In this document: positions 17,000-27,308 of the stretch, piece by piece
Layout: each line of letters starts with the position of its first letter
Position numbering within the stretch: position 1 is the first letter of the stretch
Source: Candidatus Latescibacterota bacterium
Lineage (GTDB): Bacteria; Latescibacterota; UBA2968
DNA length: 64,000 bases
Assembly: GCA_965222605.1 (NCBI GenBank)
Contig: OZ244960.1
Location: forward strand, 608,001 to 672,000
Direction of reading: 5' to 3'
The notes under the pieces: generated by a model
What the model saw: the letters and a program-made list of their open reading frames with translations, nothing else
What the model was told of the DNA's origin: nothing
The model's database searches: none
Position numbers and translations under genes: made by a program

Positions 17000-18739
17000 C
17001 TAATCCACCTTTTCCCCTGGCTTCCGATAAGAAGCCGAATATCGGTCGCCCTCTGGATCGTAAGACACATGCACCTGTCCATCGTGTACTACCAACCTGG
17101 GCACCGTGCGGTCCCGTCCATCGCGTTCGGGACCGCGCATAACCGCAAACTGTTCCTCAGTCATATCTTCGACCATATCGCCCCAGCGCTCCTGGGGATC
17201 GATCACGCCACCACCCCAGTTAGAGTTTTTGGACTGATATTTAACCAGCACACCCCGTCTGGGAATCGGATTTTTCCACGCCAGCGCGCCGTGTGTACAC
17301 CCACCATCCATAAAAAATAACACATCTCCCGCTTTCATCGCCGGCTGCGCCACCAGTCCCATCGTCTCGTCGCATGTACGGACTCCCGGAGGCATCGAAT
17401 ACTGCGTCTTGTGAGAACCTGGCACACAGGCAAACCCACCCAGATCCGGCTCCACATCCCGCAACTGCCACGTAACCGTCACCGTCTCGCAATGACTCCG
17501 ACCATTCTTAAACTGGTAGCCCCGCGAAGGACTCATCGGCTCATTCCCATCGTGCAAAGAGTGCCCCGATGTGCCCTGAACCGCACAGAATACCGTACCG
17601 CCACCCGTGCGATACCCGCTGGCTCCCATCCAGTTCAGCCGATGCACCACAGCGGGATGGGCAATCATCCGCCGGAACGAATCGCAATAGGGCGCGGGCA
17701 AATCCACCAAACCCGACAATAACGGCCGCCCCGTCCCGGCCTGGCTCTTCGAACCTCGCGCCAGTTCGTCACCAACCACAACCCGGTCCTGGAATTTATC
17801 TACCGCCCCATTAGCCTTTTCCAGCCATCCCTCGTCCATCACCCCGCGTACCACCAGATAGCCATTCAAATCCCAAAAATAAAATTCCTTCTCATCAATG
17901 GTCGAATTTGGGTCTTTGATATAAATCGAAGGGTGAATCACCTCAGAACTCTCTTCCACCCACGTCTTTTCACCATCGGTATTCAGTACCGGTGGCGGAT
18001 TAGATCCCTTAAACCCCGGCCTGTACATCACCGCCTTCTGTTCGGGAGGCGCACTCTCCGTCCACCCGGGTCGCGTTTCGATTTCAGCGCCCGGTCCCGG
18101 TCCATTCGACTGAATAACCGCCCGCCCCGCATACCAGTACGTCAACAGCCGTTTCGATGCTCCCGTCCACGGGCGCATCCCCTGCAAAGTAGATTCGGCC
18201 AGCAAAAATAAATCGCCCGCCTTTAGCACTGGCTGTTTCACCAGCCCCATATCGTCCTGTCCAGTCGCCAGATCCTGGGGCGTTTCCACATTGCTCTGAT
18301 GACTCGCCTGAACCACCACCAGTCCGCCATCTCCTTCCTTCACATCCTCCAGCACCCAGATCGCCTTCACCCCCTGGCACGATCGGCGACCATTTTGAAT
18401 AAAATACGCCCGGGACGGATTCCGAGGTTCATCTCCACCAACCAGGCCCTGTCCAATCTCCCCCTCACGGCTCCCTAACAATCGGGGCGCCTGATCCAGT
18501 CGGAACCCATGTCCAGTAATTTGATTCAAATACCACACCAGTTGCGGATGCACCAGCAAATCCCGAAATAAATCTCGCTGGGGTGCCTCCCAACCCAGCA
18601 TGCCTTCAGACGCGTCCACCTCGTCCAATGCTCTGTTCAAAGCCTCAACTTCCCCCCGGCTCAACACCCCTGGAACATGCAAATAGCCCGCCACATCAAA
18701 CGCATAGTCCTCTTCATTGCTCATCTCTTCCCGGTCCAT
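17000..18739 (-). CDS. Two-domain PhyH-like Fe(II)/2OG dioxygenase, paralog of 13527-15287
   Basis: Same architecture; shared start region CCGGTCCATCTCTGACCTCCTGTT (plus strand). Confidence 0.85.
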   Translation of the reverse strand: MDREEMSNEEDYAFDVAGYLHVPGVLSRGEVEALNRALDEVDASEGMLGWEAPQRDLFRDLLVHPQLVWYLNQITGHGFRLDQAPRLLGSREGEIGQGLVGGDEPRNPSRAYFIQNGRRSCQGVKAIWVLEDVKEGDGGLVVVQASHQSNVETPQDLATGQDDMGLVKQPVLKAGDLFLLAESTLQGMRPWTGASKRLLTYWYAGRAVIQSNGPGPGAEIETRPGWTESAPPEQKAVMYRPGFKGSNPPPVLNTDGEKTWVEESSEVIHPSIYIKDPNSTIDEKEFYFWDLNGYLVVRGVMDEGWLEKANGAVDKFQDRVVVGDELARGSKSQAGTGRPLLSGLVDLPAPYCDSFRRMIAHPAVVHRLNWMGASGYRTGGGTVFCAVQGTSGHSLHDGNEPMSPSRGYQFKNGRSHCETVTVTWQLRDVEPDLGGFACVPGSHKTQYSMPPGVRTCDETMGLVAQPAMKAGDVLFFMDGGCTHGALAWKNPIPRRGVLVKYQSKNSNWGGGVIDPQERWGDMVEDMTEEQFAVMRGPERDGRDRTVPRLVVHDGQVHVSYDPEGDRYSASYRKPGEKVD

Positions 18740-18771
18740 CTCTGACCTCCTGTTGGAAGATACCGCGAATA

Positions 18772-19788
18772 TTAAATCTGATGCACCGCCTTGCGCTTCG
18801 TGCGCATACTGGCGTGCGATTCTGGCGACCCATCGTGAAACGTGCCAAACCAGTAATCAAATGGAAAATCGTTCTCCCCGTAATTGCACTCAAAATAGCG
18901 GTGATGTAACTGGTGAAAGAACGACGCCGCGGGCATTCTATCACTCCCTCCCACCTCAATTTTATCAAACCCCACATGCCCCTGCGCCGGCGTAAACGCC
19001 GCATGTTGTGCATTCATCAACATGTGAATCGGATGGGATGGCACCACCCAGTGAATCAGAATACAGCTAAAATACAACAAATGCTCAATCGGGTGCATAG
19101 CCAGCCCGGACCAGGGCCCGATATTGATATTCTTGTGATGCAAATAGTGCGCGGACTTGTACAGAGGTTTCCAATGGGTCAGGCGGTGAGCCCAATAAAA
19201 ATGGAAAAGCCGCCAGAACTGAATACCACATAGCAACGCAACAAAGTAAACCGGTTCTGTGCGCCAATCGACATAAGGGATAATCTCATTGGCAAACGCC
19301 CACATAGAAACCACTTCATAAGCCGTCCAGATCGTGCCCCCACTCACACAACTCCAAAAAATATTGTCGCGCAGTTGATTGCCCCCCAAAAACTTGCGAT
19401 TTGATGTGGCGAGCCATTTCGACGTGTATTTATACCGCGTGCCCTGCGCTTTGAACCTGTAGAAATACACATGCCACGCGCCCACAATGACGATTAGCAT
19501 CGCAATATTGCGCACATACATCTCGGCAATCCAATCCACGCGGAACTCCGCACAGCGCTCGAGCGCGGGTTGCAGATAAAGCCATGTTCCAATGGCAATA
19601 AGCATATAAATCGCGTTCCAGGGCCACAAATAGCCGGGAAAACCGAACATCCACTTCAGCGCCTCAACAGGACGCGGAGGCCACGCAAAAATCGGCGCAG
19701 GCGCCGGGCGTTTTGCGGGCTGCCACTCGCCACTTTCATCCCGAGCAACGCCATCTACGACTTCTCTCTCCACTTTGGTATCAGCCAT
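18772..19788 (-). CDS. Sterol desaturase / fatty acid hydroxylase family protein
   Basis: His boxes HFYWAHRLTH, HYLHH, HQLHH; NYG. Confidence 0.9.
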   Translation of the reverse strand: MADTKVEREVVDGVARDESGEWQPAKRPAPAPIFAWPPRPVEALKWMFGFPGYLWPWNAIYMLIAIGTWLYLQPALERCAEFRVDWIAEMYVRNIAMLIVIVGAWHVYFYRFKAQGTRYKYTSKWLATSNRKFLGGNQLRDNIFWSCVSGGTIWTAYEVVSMWAFANEIIPYVDWRTEPVYFVALLCGIQFWRLFHFYWAHRLTHWKPLYKSAHYLHHKNINIGPWSGLAMHPIEHLLYFSCILIHWVVPSHPIHMLMNAQHAAFTPAQGHVGFDKIEVGGSDRMPAASFFHQLHHRYFECNYGENDFPFDYWFGTFHDGSPESHASMRTKRKAVHQI

Positions 19789-19880
19789 CTTGCCCCTCCT
19801 TGTTGCGAAAATCCAACCTGTAGTTGCCTTTCCCCTACCGCCACCAATCCCTGCCTCTCGTCTATGTCTGTCTGGACAAT

Positions 19881-19938
19881 ATCCTATATCCTACGGGCCC
19901 TCATCCTGCTCATCCTTTTATCCTGCTCATCCTGATCC
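19881..19938. repeat. Degenerate ATCCT-core short periodic repeat
   Basis: atcctatatcct..catcctgctcatccttttatcctgctcatcctgatcc. Confidence 0.55.
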
Positions 19939-20597
19939 TAAATCCTCCCGCTGACCCACTGAATACCCCGCATTAACACCGCCTGAAAATTTTCATCCTT
20001 CCACGTCTGATTGTCGTGCCCGCTCTGAAGGCAAAACACCTGCGTATCATTGTATTGTCGCGTCCAGCCAATCGACTTCATACACACCGGGTGATCTGTC
20101 GTCAGCAGCAACTGGCTATCCGCATCCGGCTCGCCCATCACATAAGTCTCATCGATCATCCCCCAATCGGATATCCCTCGCGTAATCGGATGATCCCCAT
20201 CCTCTATCGCAATCCGCATCGTCTCATCGTGGCTAAACGACTCAAACGACCCCGCAACAACACCGGCCATCTGCACCCAGGGGTCCCAATTTGGAAATGC
20301 CAAAATCGCGTGGTGCAACAACACAATACCCTTACCCGTTGCCAGCCAGGATTCCAGCGCGCTTCGAGGTCGCCCCATCCACCCGGGGCGGTTCTCATCT
20401 GTCGGACCTTCCTTGTGCATATTGTAAAACACAGCCACATCGTAAAAATCGCGGTCCTCTTCTCGCGACGATGCAAAATCCTCCAACGGCTGAATATAAG
20501 CATCCACACCTTCTATCTTGCGGAACAACCCGTGAAAATTCGGCACATCAAAACGGTGACCGCCGGTCACCACCGCCACCTTAATAGTGTCGTCCAT
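19938..20597 (-). CDS. ThuA domain-containing protein
   Basis: VVTGGH, GKGIVLLHH, HPITRG..DETY, GHD. Confidence 0.85.
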   Translation of the reverse strand: MDDTIKVAVVTGGHRFDVPNFHGLFRKIEGVDAYIQPLEDFASSREEDRDFYDVAVFYNMHKEGPTDENRPGWMGRPRSALESWLATGKGIVLLHHAILAFPNWDPWVQMAGVVAGSFESFSHDETMRIAIEDGDHPITRGISDWGMIDETYVMGEPDADSQLLLTTDHPVCMKSIGWTRQYNDTQVFCLQSGHDNQTWKDENFQAVLMRGIQWVSGRI

Positions 20598-20620
20598 AAT
20601 CATACCTCCCTCAAAACAAC

Positions 20621-22069
20621 CTACCGACCTCGATTTGTCTCCCACACCGGACACTCCTGCCATGGCTCAAAATCTGGATTCTCTTCGGGAATCTTGGCTT
20701 CGATCTCCTCCTGCCACGCCTTCAAAAGTCCGTGCAACCGATCTCGTACATCGGGTAATTCACCTGAGAGGTCATGCTCCTCGCCAATATCCTCTCGCAG
20801 ATTGTACAACTCGACATGCCCGGATTCAAAAAATTCGATCAGTTTATAATCCCCCGCTCGAACAGAAGATCCAGGTGTCCCTCCCTGATTGCCATAATGC
20901 GGGAAATGCCAGTAAATCGCATCGCGCGTCAGATCGCCCCCCTTTAACAAAGGCGCGATACTCACCCCATCGCAATGCTGTTCGGGAATCAGATCCAGAC
21001 CCGCCATTTCCAGTATCGTCGGATAATAATCTGTACTTGTCACAGGAACATCGCAAACAGACCCCGCCTGTACCACGCCGGGCCATTTGACAATCAGCGG
21101 TTCCCGCGTTCCGCCTTCATACATCCAGCCCTTACCTTCAGCGAGCGGTGCATTGCACGTTGGCGAGCCTTCACTCGTCGCCAACCCACCATTATCTGAG
21201 GTGAACATAATCGCGGTATTATCGGCAATGCCCGCTGCTTCCAGCGCATATAGAATGCGCCCCACACTTTCATCCATGCTTTCGATCATCGCGGCATAAA
21301 CCGGATCGGACTGCACCTTCCGTCGCGTAATGCGCCTATCCTTCTTGTGTGCGCCAGGAAAAAAATCGCCCTCTTCAAACGGCTCAATTTTATCCAGGCC
21401 CATTGCTTTTGCTTTCTCTTTGTACTTCTCGATCTTTTCTCGCTTCGCCTGAATGGGTGTATGCACGGTATAATACCACAAATTCAGGAAAAACGGGCGA
21501 TCATCGCGGTTCTCGATCAAATCTATAACGCGATCCGTCAAATAATCCGTCAAATACGTACCATCTGGTACATCCACATCGTCCAACACCGGAATCGTCC
21601 AGGGACTAAAATAACCTCCTCGCCCGGGCGATCCCTGTTCACACCCGCCCACATTCACATCAAACCCGTGTTCATCGGGATAAAACGCAGGCCCGCCCAA
21701 ATGCCATTTGCCAACATGCCAGGTCGTATATCCCCCATCCTTCATCGCCTGTGCAAGCGTACGCTCTTCATGGGGCAGATACCTGAAATAGGGCACATCG
21801 ATCAATTTTCCGCGATTGGGATGATTCCTACCCATCCAATCAATAAAATTCGTCACCCCAACCCGCGCGGGATATTTGCCACTCATCACACTCGCGCGCG
21901 TTGGCGAACACACCGGGCACGACGCATACGCATCCGTAAACTTCATCCCCTCGGCGCACAACCGATCCAAATTGGGCGTTTCGTAAAACTCACTTCCGTA
22001 ACACGTCGTATCTGCCCATCCGTAATCGTCTAACAAAATAAAGATAATATTTGGTTTGCCCATTGCCAT
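20621..22069 (-). CDS. Cys-type sulfatase
   Basis: PNIIFILLDDYG, CSPTRAS, GKWHLG, SDNG. Confidence 0.93.
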   Translation of the reverse strand: MAMGKPNIIFILLDDYGWADTTCYGSEFYETPNLDRLCAEGMKFTDAYASCPVCSPTRASVMSGKYPARVGVTNFIDWMGRNHPNRGKLIDVPYFRYLPHEERTLAQAMKDGGYTTWHVGKWHLGGPAFYPDEHGFDVNVGGCEQGSPGRGGYFSPWTIPVLDDVDVPDGTYLTDYLTDRVIDLIENRDDRPFFLNLWYYTVHTPIQAKREKIEKYKEKAKAMGLDKIEPFEEGDFFPGAHKKDRRITRRKVQSDPVYAAMIESMDESVGRILYALEAAGIADNTAIMFTSDNGGLATSEGSPTCNAPLAEGKGWMYEGGTREPLIVKWPGVVQAGSVCDVPVTSTDYYPTILEMAGLDLIPEQHCDGVSIAPLLKGGDLTRDAIYWHFPHYGNQGGTPGSSVRAGDYKLIEFFESGHVELYNLREDIGEEHDLSGELPDVRDRLHGLLKAWQEEIEAKIPEENPDFEPWQECPVWETNRGR

Positions 22070-23061
22070 TATATCTCCACATCCACACTCTTGCCAGAAG
22101 CACCCGACTCGCGTGCCGCGTGCAACACCTGCATCACCCGCAAACCGTGTTCGGCGGTAATAATCAACGCCTCACCCTCGCGCAAATGCCGGGCAATATT
22201 CGCGTGCAGATTTTCGCGCGGGACCGCATCGGTGCGCTCTTCCTGCGAATCTTCCCCATAAACCGTAACCTCATTACCTCCCCCACGCGCACACACAAGC
22301 GTGGCTTCCGTGCCCAGAACAATCCACTTATACGGCAGAGAATAATAAGAAATATCCGCCTTGGCAGCCCGCGCACGCACGCCATTGTCAAACACCATCA
22401 CAATATCAAACAAATCGTCTGAATCGCCCCACTTCGTATGCCGCACATCGGCAAATACCGATACCACCTTGTGACCCGACATCAAATCGATAATCTGCTC
22501 GATCCAGTGCGGACCAAAATCCAACAGGGTTCCCCCACCCGCCGCGGCTGTCACGCGCCATTGCTGATTGTAATCGGGCACACCAAAACCCACTGCGGGC
22601 CGCGCACCCATCGTGCGATTCTCAAGCGCAACAATCTCGCCAACCGCACCATCTAAAACCGCGTGCTTCACCAGACAATAATCGCGATCGTAATGCCGGT
22701 TGTGGTGCATCGTCAACATCACGCCATTGTCTTTGGCCGCCTGCACCATTTCCTCGGCCTCTGGCCCGGTCAAAGCCATGGGCTTTTCAATCAGCATGTG
22801 CTTCTTCGCCGCTGCCACCTTGAGCGCGTCGGCATAATGCGCCGCCGAATGCGTCGTAATCAAGACCAACTCGACATCCCAACCGAGAAATTCATCGAGA
22901 TTATCGGTCGCACGCATGCCTTCGGCAACCGCCGCTTCCCGCCTGGATTCCGTAATATCGCACACCCCCACCACATCGTACAACCCCGTCTCGCGCATCG
23001 TTCTCAGATGACCGCCAGCCACCCGCCCAAACCCGATAATACCTGCTCTAACTCTTTCCAT
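22069..23061 (-). CDS. Gfo/Idh/MocA family oxidoreductase
   Basis: GIIGFG, EKP, GGGTLLDFGPH. Confidence 0.9.
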   Translation of the reverse strand: MERVRAGIIGFGRVAGGHLRTMRETGLYDVVGVCDITESRREAAVAEGMRATDNLDEFLGWDVELVLITTHSAAHYADALKVAAAKKHMLIEKPMALTGPEAEEMVQAAKDNGVMLTMHHNRHYDRDYCLVKHAVLDGAVGEIVALENRTMGARPAVGFGVPDYNQQWRVTAAAGGGTLLDFGPHWIEQIIDLMSGHKVVSVFADVRHTKWGDSDDLFDIVMVFDNGVRARAAKADISYYSLPYKWIVLGTEATLVCARGGGNEVTVYGEDSQEERTDAVPRENLHANIARHLREGEALIITAEHGLRVMQVLHAARESGASGKSVDVEI

Positions 23062-23787
23062 TTATTTTTCCTCATCATCTCCGTATTCTTCACCGCGATA
23101 AGCCGCGCGCAATTCGGCGATATTCGTCGCCTTCTTAACGCGCTCTTGAAGCGCCTCCTCTCCTGCGATCAGTTCCTTTACATTCGCCAACACCTCCGCC
23201 ATCCGATCTGCGGGAAATTTAACCGCGCCATTTTCATCCATGTGAATAATCTCGCCAGGGGCAACATCCATGCCGCAAATCGACACCGGCACATTCACCG
23301 CCTGCACAGCCTGATCGCCATGGCCCGGCGATATACCCGTCAACAAATACTGAAATTCCATCGGACGGATTTCATCGATATCTCTCGACGGCCCATTTGA
23401 CACGCATCCCACGCACCCCAGTGCTTTCATCGTCGTCGTCATATTGCCACCTGCAAGCCCCACCTTACCCGCAATCTCCGGCGGGAACTTCTGCTCCAGT
23501 GCCAGTATCGTCGGCTTTGGCGATGCATCCAAAGCCTCGGACACATCCATAAATGACAACCGGCTAAATCCCGCATCTGGCAACGCAAAAGTACACGTCA
23601 CGGCATAACCGCACCGCGCGCCGAGTTCTGGATACATACACTTAATCGTCTGATCCGTGTACCAATTTTCAGTCCAGGGATTGTAAAGCCCCAAACACAA
23701 CGGATTATTCGGATACGTCGCCACCACATTTGTAATAGACGGTGTATCGAAATTCTCCAACTCCTTCAAAATCTCCTGCTCTGTCAT
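23062..23787 (-). CDS. RraA / HMG-aldolase family protein
   Basis: GYAVT, NGPSRDIDEI, VAPGEIIHMDENG. Confidence 0.85.
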   Translation of the reverse strand: MTEQEILKELENFDTPSITNVVATYPNNPLCLGLYNPWTENWYTDQTIKCMYPELGARCGYAVTCTFALPDAGFSRLSFMDVSEALDASPKPTILALEQKFPPEIAGKVGLAGGNMTTTMKALGCVGCVSNGPSRDIDEIRPMEFQYLLTGISPGHGDQAVQAVNVPVSICGMDVAPGEIIHMDENGAVKFPADRMAEVLANVKELIAGEEALQERVKKATNIAELRAAYRGEEYGDDEEK

Positions 23788-24761
23788 GGTATTCTCCTTT
23801 TACCAATTTTCACCACATGTTCCTGATCCCAATCCTGGATCAACGGTTCCAAATCATTCCAAAACGCTTCGGGAATTTCAATACTGCCAGCTTCAGCATT
23901 TTGAATGGTCTCTGCTTTATTTCGCCCCCCGCAAATCGCCGTTGCAATCAACGGATGCCGCGTACACCACTGCAGCGATGCAGCCACCAGTGGAATGCCA
24001 TAATCGTCGCAAAGCGCTTTTATCCTTCCAACGCGGTCTAAAACCGCCTGACTAAAATTGCGATTCACATAAGAATGGCCGGGCACTGGTCCCGTCGCCA
24101 ACAAACCGCGTTCCAGAGGCGTAGCAAGTGCAATGCCCACATTGTGTTTTTCAGCACCGGGAAAAATGAAGGTATCCGCCGTGCGGTTCAACAAACTCCA
24201 TGCATCGGGAACCACCGCAGCATCAAACTCGCCCGTTTCAATATAGGGACCATTTGAATCGGGATCATTGGCGGCAATACCAACAAAACGCACCACACCC
24301 TCATCCTGCAATTTTCGCAACGCCCCAAGTGCGCCATCTTTTGCCATCACCTGTTGCATGGGAAAATCCATAGGATCGTGAATATACAGCACGCCAAACG
24401 CATCCATTCCCAACCGCTCCTGACTGCCTTCCACCTGCCGCATCACCCCGTCAAAAGAGAAATCGTATTCTTCTCCCGATCTTCCCACTTTTGTCGTCAC
24501 CGTACACTTTTCTGCCAGATCGGGGCGTTCGCGCAACGCGCGACCAATAATTTTTTCACTCGCGGTATCTCCGTAAAGTGGTGCAGTATCGACCAGTGTA
24601 CACCCAGCCTCAATAGCAGCCGCCACATTCTCTACCCCCACATCTTCATCAACTCCCGGCGACAAACGACCATCTACCCCCATCGTGCGAGCGAGAAATG
24701 CCGTACCAAAACCGACGATTGGAACCTCCAACCCCGTTCTACCCAATACCTTACTCTGCAT
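23784..24761 (-). CDS. Aldo/keto reductase
   Basis: LGRTGL, DTAPLYG..SE, TKVG, YIHDP. Confidence 0.9.
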   Translation of the reverse strand: MQSKVLGRTGLEVPIVGFGTAFLARTMGVDGRLSPGVDEDVGVENVAAAIEAGCTLVDTAPLYGDTASEKIIGRALRERPDLAEKCTVTTKVGRSGEEYDFSFDGVMRQVEGSQERLGMDAFGVLYIHDPMDFPMQQVMAKDGALGALRKLQDEGVVRFVGIAANDPDSNGPYIETGEFDAAVVPDAWSLLNRTADTFIFPGAEKHNVGIALATPLERGLLATGPVPGHSYVNRNFSQAVLDRVGRIKALCDDYGIPLVAASLQWCTRHPLIATAICGGRNKAETIQNAEAGSIEIPEAFWNDLEPLIQDWDQEHVVKIGKRRIP

Positions 24762-24791
24762 CGCAAATCTCCTCCTGAAAAAACCCCTCGC

Positions 24792-24820
24792 ATAATAGAC
24801 GACAGAACCCCGCGTGTCAA
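24792..24820 (-). promoter_or_regulatory. Sigma70-like promoter upstream of the aldo/keto reductase gene run
   Basis: TTGACA-N17-TATTAT on the minus strand, about 30 bp upstream of the start codon. Confidence 0.7.
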
Positions 24821-24964
24821 TGCGAAAAAATCCCCTGCTCTGTGTGGTAAGTGATGTTACACAGCTTTAAGCAGATTAGCGTTGCTTGTCGAAAGTGTTG
24901 ATGATGATTCCACCTTTTTCTTTTTGTTCTGCCTTCGGCGTGGAGTCGAAGTGATAAAGACGGG

Positions 24965-25022
24965 TGTCATTGCGGCATGGTGTTAGCCGCCACGCCGCAG
25001 GCACAACGTCAGTAATCCAGTC
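24965..25022. repeat. Palindromic REP-like element, left flank of the defence island
   Basis: TGTCATTGCGGCATGGTGTTAGCCGC..AATCCAGTC; inverted copy at 38686-38720. Confidence 0.6.
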
Positions 25023-25034
25023 GAGAAAAAAATA

Positions 25035-25087
25035 TTGACAAACTATCTCGTTATGTTATATTTGAAAATATTATGATAAATATAACA
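25035..25087 (+). promoter_or_regulatory. hsdM promoter with putative operator
   Basis: TTGACA-N16-TATATT (TGn extended -10); inverted repeat TGTTATATTT-N14-AAATATAACA across the -10 and ATG. Confidence 0.6.
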
Positions 25088-26908
25088 AATATACACAACA
25101 TTTCTGCTGTTTTGCGTGCCATCCGTGCCCATCTTGACCTGACACAGGAAGAACTCGCGGATCGCCTCGGCGTTGCCTTCGCCACCGTCAACCGCTGGGA
25201 AGGCGGCGTAACTAAGCCTCAGAAGGCAGCGCGAGAGGCAATCGCCGCACTCGCGGCCGATGCGGGAATCGACATTGCGGAAGTTACCGCAGAACCAGTC
25301 GAAGCAGCAGCACAAGTGACAAGACGACGGCGCGTTTCAAAAGCTCCTTCCACGAAGACTATGGAACAAATGCTGTGGGACGCAGCCTGCTCCATCCGAG
25401 GCGAAAAAGATGCGGCCAAGTTCAAAGATTATTTGCTCCCGCTCTTGTTCCTCAAACGCCTGTCCGATGTCTTCGACGATGAAATCGAGCGTCTTGCAGA
25501 GGAATATGGCGATCAAGAGACTGCCCTGGAAATTGCCGAGCTTGACCACGGACTATTGCGCTTTTATATCCCACCTGAGGCGCGATGGGCTGTCATAAAT
25601 GGACGCGAGAGTCATAATTGGCCTGATGACCAGGGGCGAAGTACGCGCCCGAAGGACATTGGCGAGCACCTGACCAAAGCAGTTCGCGCCATCGTACGGC
25701 ATAACCCCTCGCTCTCCGGCGTCATAGACCTTGAGGATTTCGCTGCCGAGCGCAATGGTGAGCGCGATATCAATCCCGCGAAACTCACCGAGGTCGTTGA
25801 GACCTTCTCCGATCCGCGCTACCGCCTGGGACTTGCCGACGTGCAACCCGATTTTCTCGGACGCGCCTACGAGTTCCTCCTGCGGAAATTTGCCGAAGGC
25901 TCTGGCCAAAGCGCGGGTGAATTTTTCACCCCAACCGAAGTCGGCCTTCTAATGGCCCACATCATGCGTCCAAGACCCGGCGAGGAATGCCACGACTATG
26001 CTTGCGGTTCGGCTGGTCTTCTCGTAAAACTCCAACTCATCGCTCGCGAACTCGATCCCATTAGTCGCGTGCCTCTCAAGCTCTATGGACAGGAACTACA
26101 GGCCGAAAGCTATGCGGTCGCCAAAATGAATGCTACCATCCACGACATGGAAACTGAAATTGAGCGCGGCGATACGATGATCAATCCGAAGTTCAAAACC
26201 GCAGACAGCAAAATCCGCACTTATGACATCGCGGTCGCTAATCCTATGTGGAATCAGCCATTCAATCCGGACATCTTCGCCGACGATCCCTTCGACCGCT
26301 TCCGTACCCAGGGCGGCGTCACCACAGGCAAAGGCGACTGGGCATGGCTTCAGCACACCCTCACCTGCTTGAACGAACGTGGACGTGCGGCTGTGGTGCT
26401 CGACACCGGCGCAGTAACGCGCGGCTCAGGAGCCAAACACGAAGACCGGGAACGCAACATCCGCAATTGGTTCGTCGAACACGATCTGATTGACGGCGTG
26501 ATCCTCCTCCCAGACAATCTGTTCTACAACACCAGTGCCGCTGGCGTAATCATCGTTCTCTCAAAGCGCAAACCCGCCGCACGGCAGAACAAAATCGTCC
26601 TCCTCAACGCCAGCCAGCGCGTGCGTAAGGGCCGTCCCAAAAACTATATCCCGGAAGAAGATCTACGCCCACTCGCAGCGGCCTACCTCAAGGGCGAACC
26701 TGTCGAGGGTGAGATCGCGGTCATCACGCGGAAGCAAGCAGAGGAAGCAGACTATAACCTCAGCCCGAGCCGATGGGTGGGGCAGACAGATATAGCGGTT
26801 CAGCGTCCGATAAAGGAGATTGTTGCTGAAATGCAGCGTCTTGATGATGAAGCCCGCGAGGTGGATGCGCGCTTGTTAGATATGTTGGCACAATTGCAAG
26901 AGAAATGA
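25073..26908 (+). CDS. hsdM: Type I R-M methyltransferase with N-terminal XRE HTH
   Basis: [24 protein letters not shown]; [10 protein letters not shown]; GEFFTP; DYACGSAG; NPMW; LFYNT. Confidence 0.92.
   Translation: MINITNIHNISAVLRAIRAHLDLTQEELADRLGVAFATVNRWEGGVTKPQKAAREAIAALAADAGIDIAEVTAEPVEAAAQVTRRRRVSKAPSTKTMEQMLWDAACSIRGEKDAAKFKDYLLPLLFLKRLSDVFDDEIERLAEEYGDQETALEIAELDHGLLRFYIPPEARWAVINGRESHNWPDDQGRSTRPKDIGEHLTKAVRAIVRHNPSLSGVIDLEDFAAERNGERDINPAKLTEVVETFSDPRYRLGLADVQPDFLGRAYEFLLRKFAEGSGQSAGEFFTPTEVGLLMAHIMRPRPGEECHDYACGSAGLLVKLQLIARELDPISRVPLKLYGQELQAESYAVAKMNATIHDMETEIERGDTMINPKFKTADSKIRTYDIAVANPMWNQPFNPDIFADDPFDRFRTQGGVTTGKGDWAWLQHTLTCLNERGRAAVVLDTGAVTRGSGAKHEDRERNIRNWFVEHDLIDGVILLPDNLFYNTSAAGVIIVLSKRKPAARQNKIVLLNASQRVRKGRPKNYIPEEDLRPLAAAYLKGEPVEGEIAVITRKQAEEADYNLSPSRWVGQTDIAVQRPIKEIVAEMQRLDDEAREVDARLLDMLAQLQEK
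26540..26778 (+). repeat. Direct repeat copy 1 (hsdM 3' region)
   Basis: Near-identical to 27299-27533. Confidence 0.9.
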
Positions 26909-26936
26909 ACCTCAGAGAAGAAAGGAGAAGAAAAAT

Positions 26937-27308
26937 ATGGGCGCAACACACGTAACGGTCAGGATTACGAACCCCGCCGACCCGGACAAGTTCTGGGAGG
27001 GGCTTTTTCTGGTTGACACTGGCGCGACGGATTCCCTCGCGCCCAGGCCGCACCTGGAAGCCATCGGCCTCAAACCCGAGGGAAAACGCGTGTATGAACT
27101 GGCCGACGGCAGCGAGATCGCAGTGGATGTCGCCGTTGCCAAAATTGAGTTCATGGGCGAGTTCGTCGGCGGGACGATCATATTCGGCGAGGCCGACGCG
27201 GAGCCGTTGTTGGGCGTGACGGCACTGGAATCCGTCGGTATAGAAGTAGATCCGCTGAATCAGCAGTTGAAGAGGTTGCCAGCCGTGCGGCTCAAGGGGC
27301 TGGCGTAA
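26937..27308 (+). CDS. Clan AA aspartic protease (AF_0612-like)
   Basis: [26 protein letters not shown]. Confidence 0.88.
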   Translation: MGATHVTVRITNPADPDKFWEGLFLVDTGATDSLAPRPHLEAIGLKPEGKRVYELADGSEIAVDVAVAKIEFMGEFVGGTIIFGEADAEPLLGVTALESVGIEVDPLNQQLKRLPAVRLKGLA

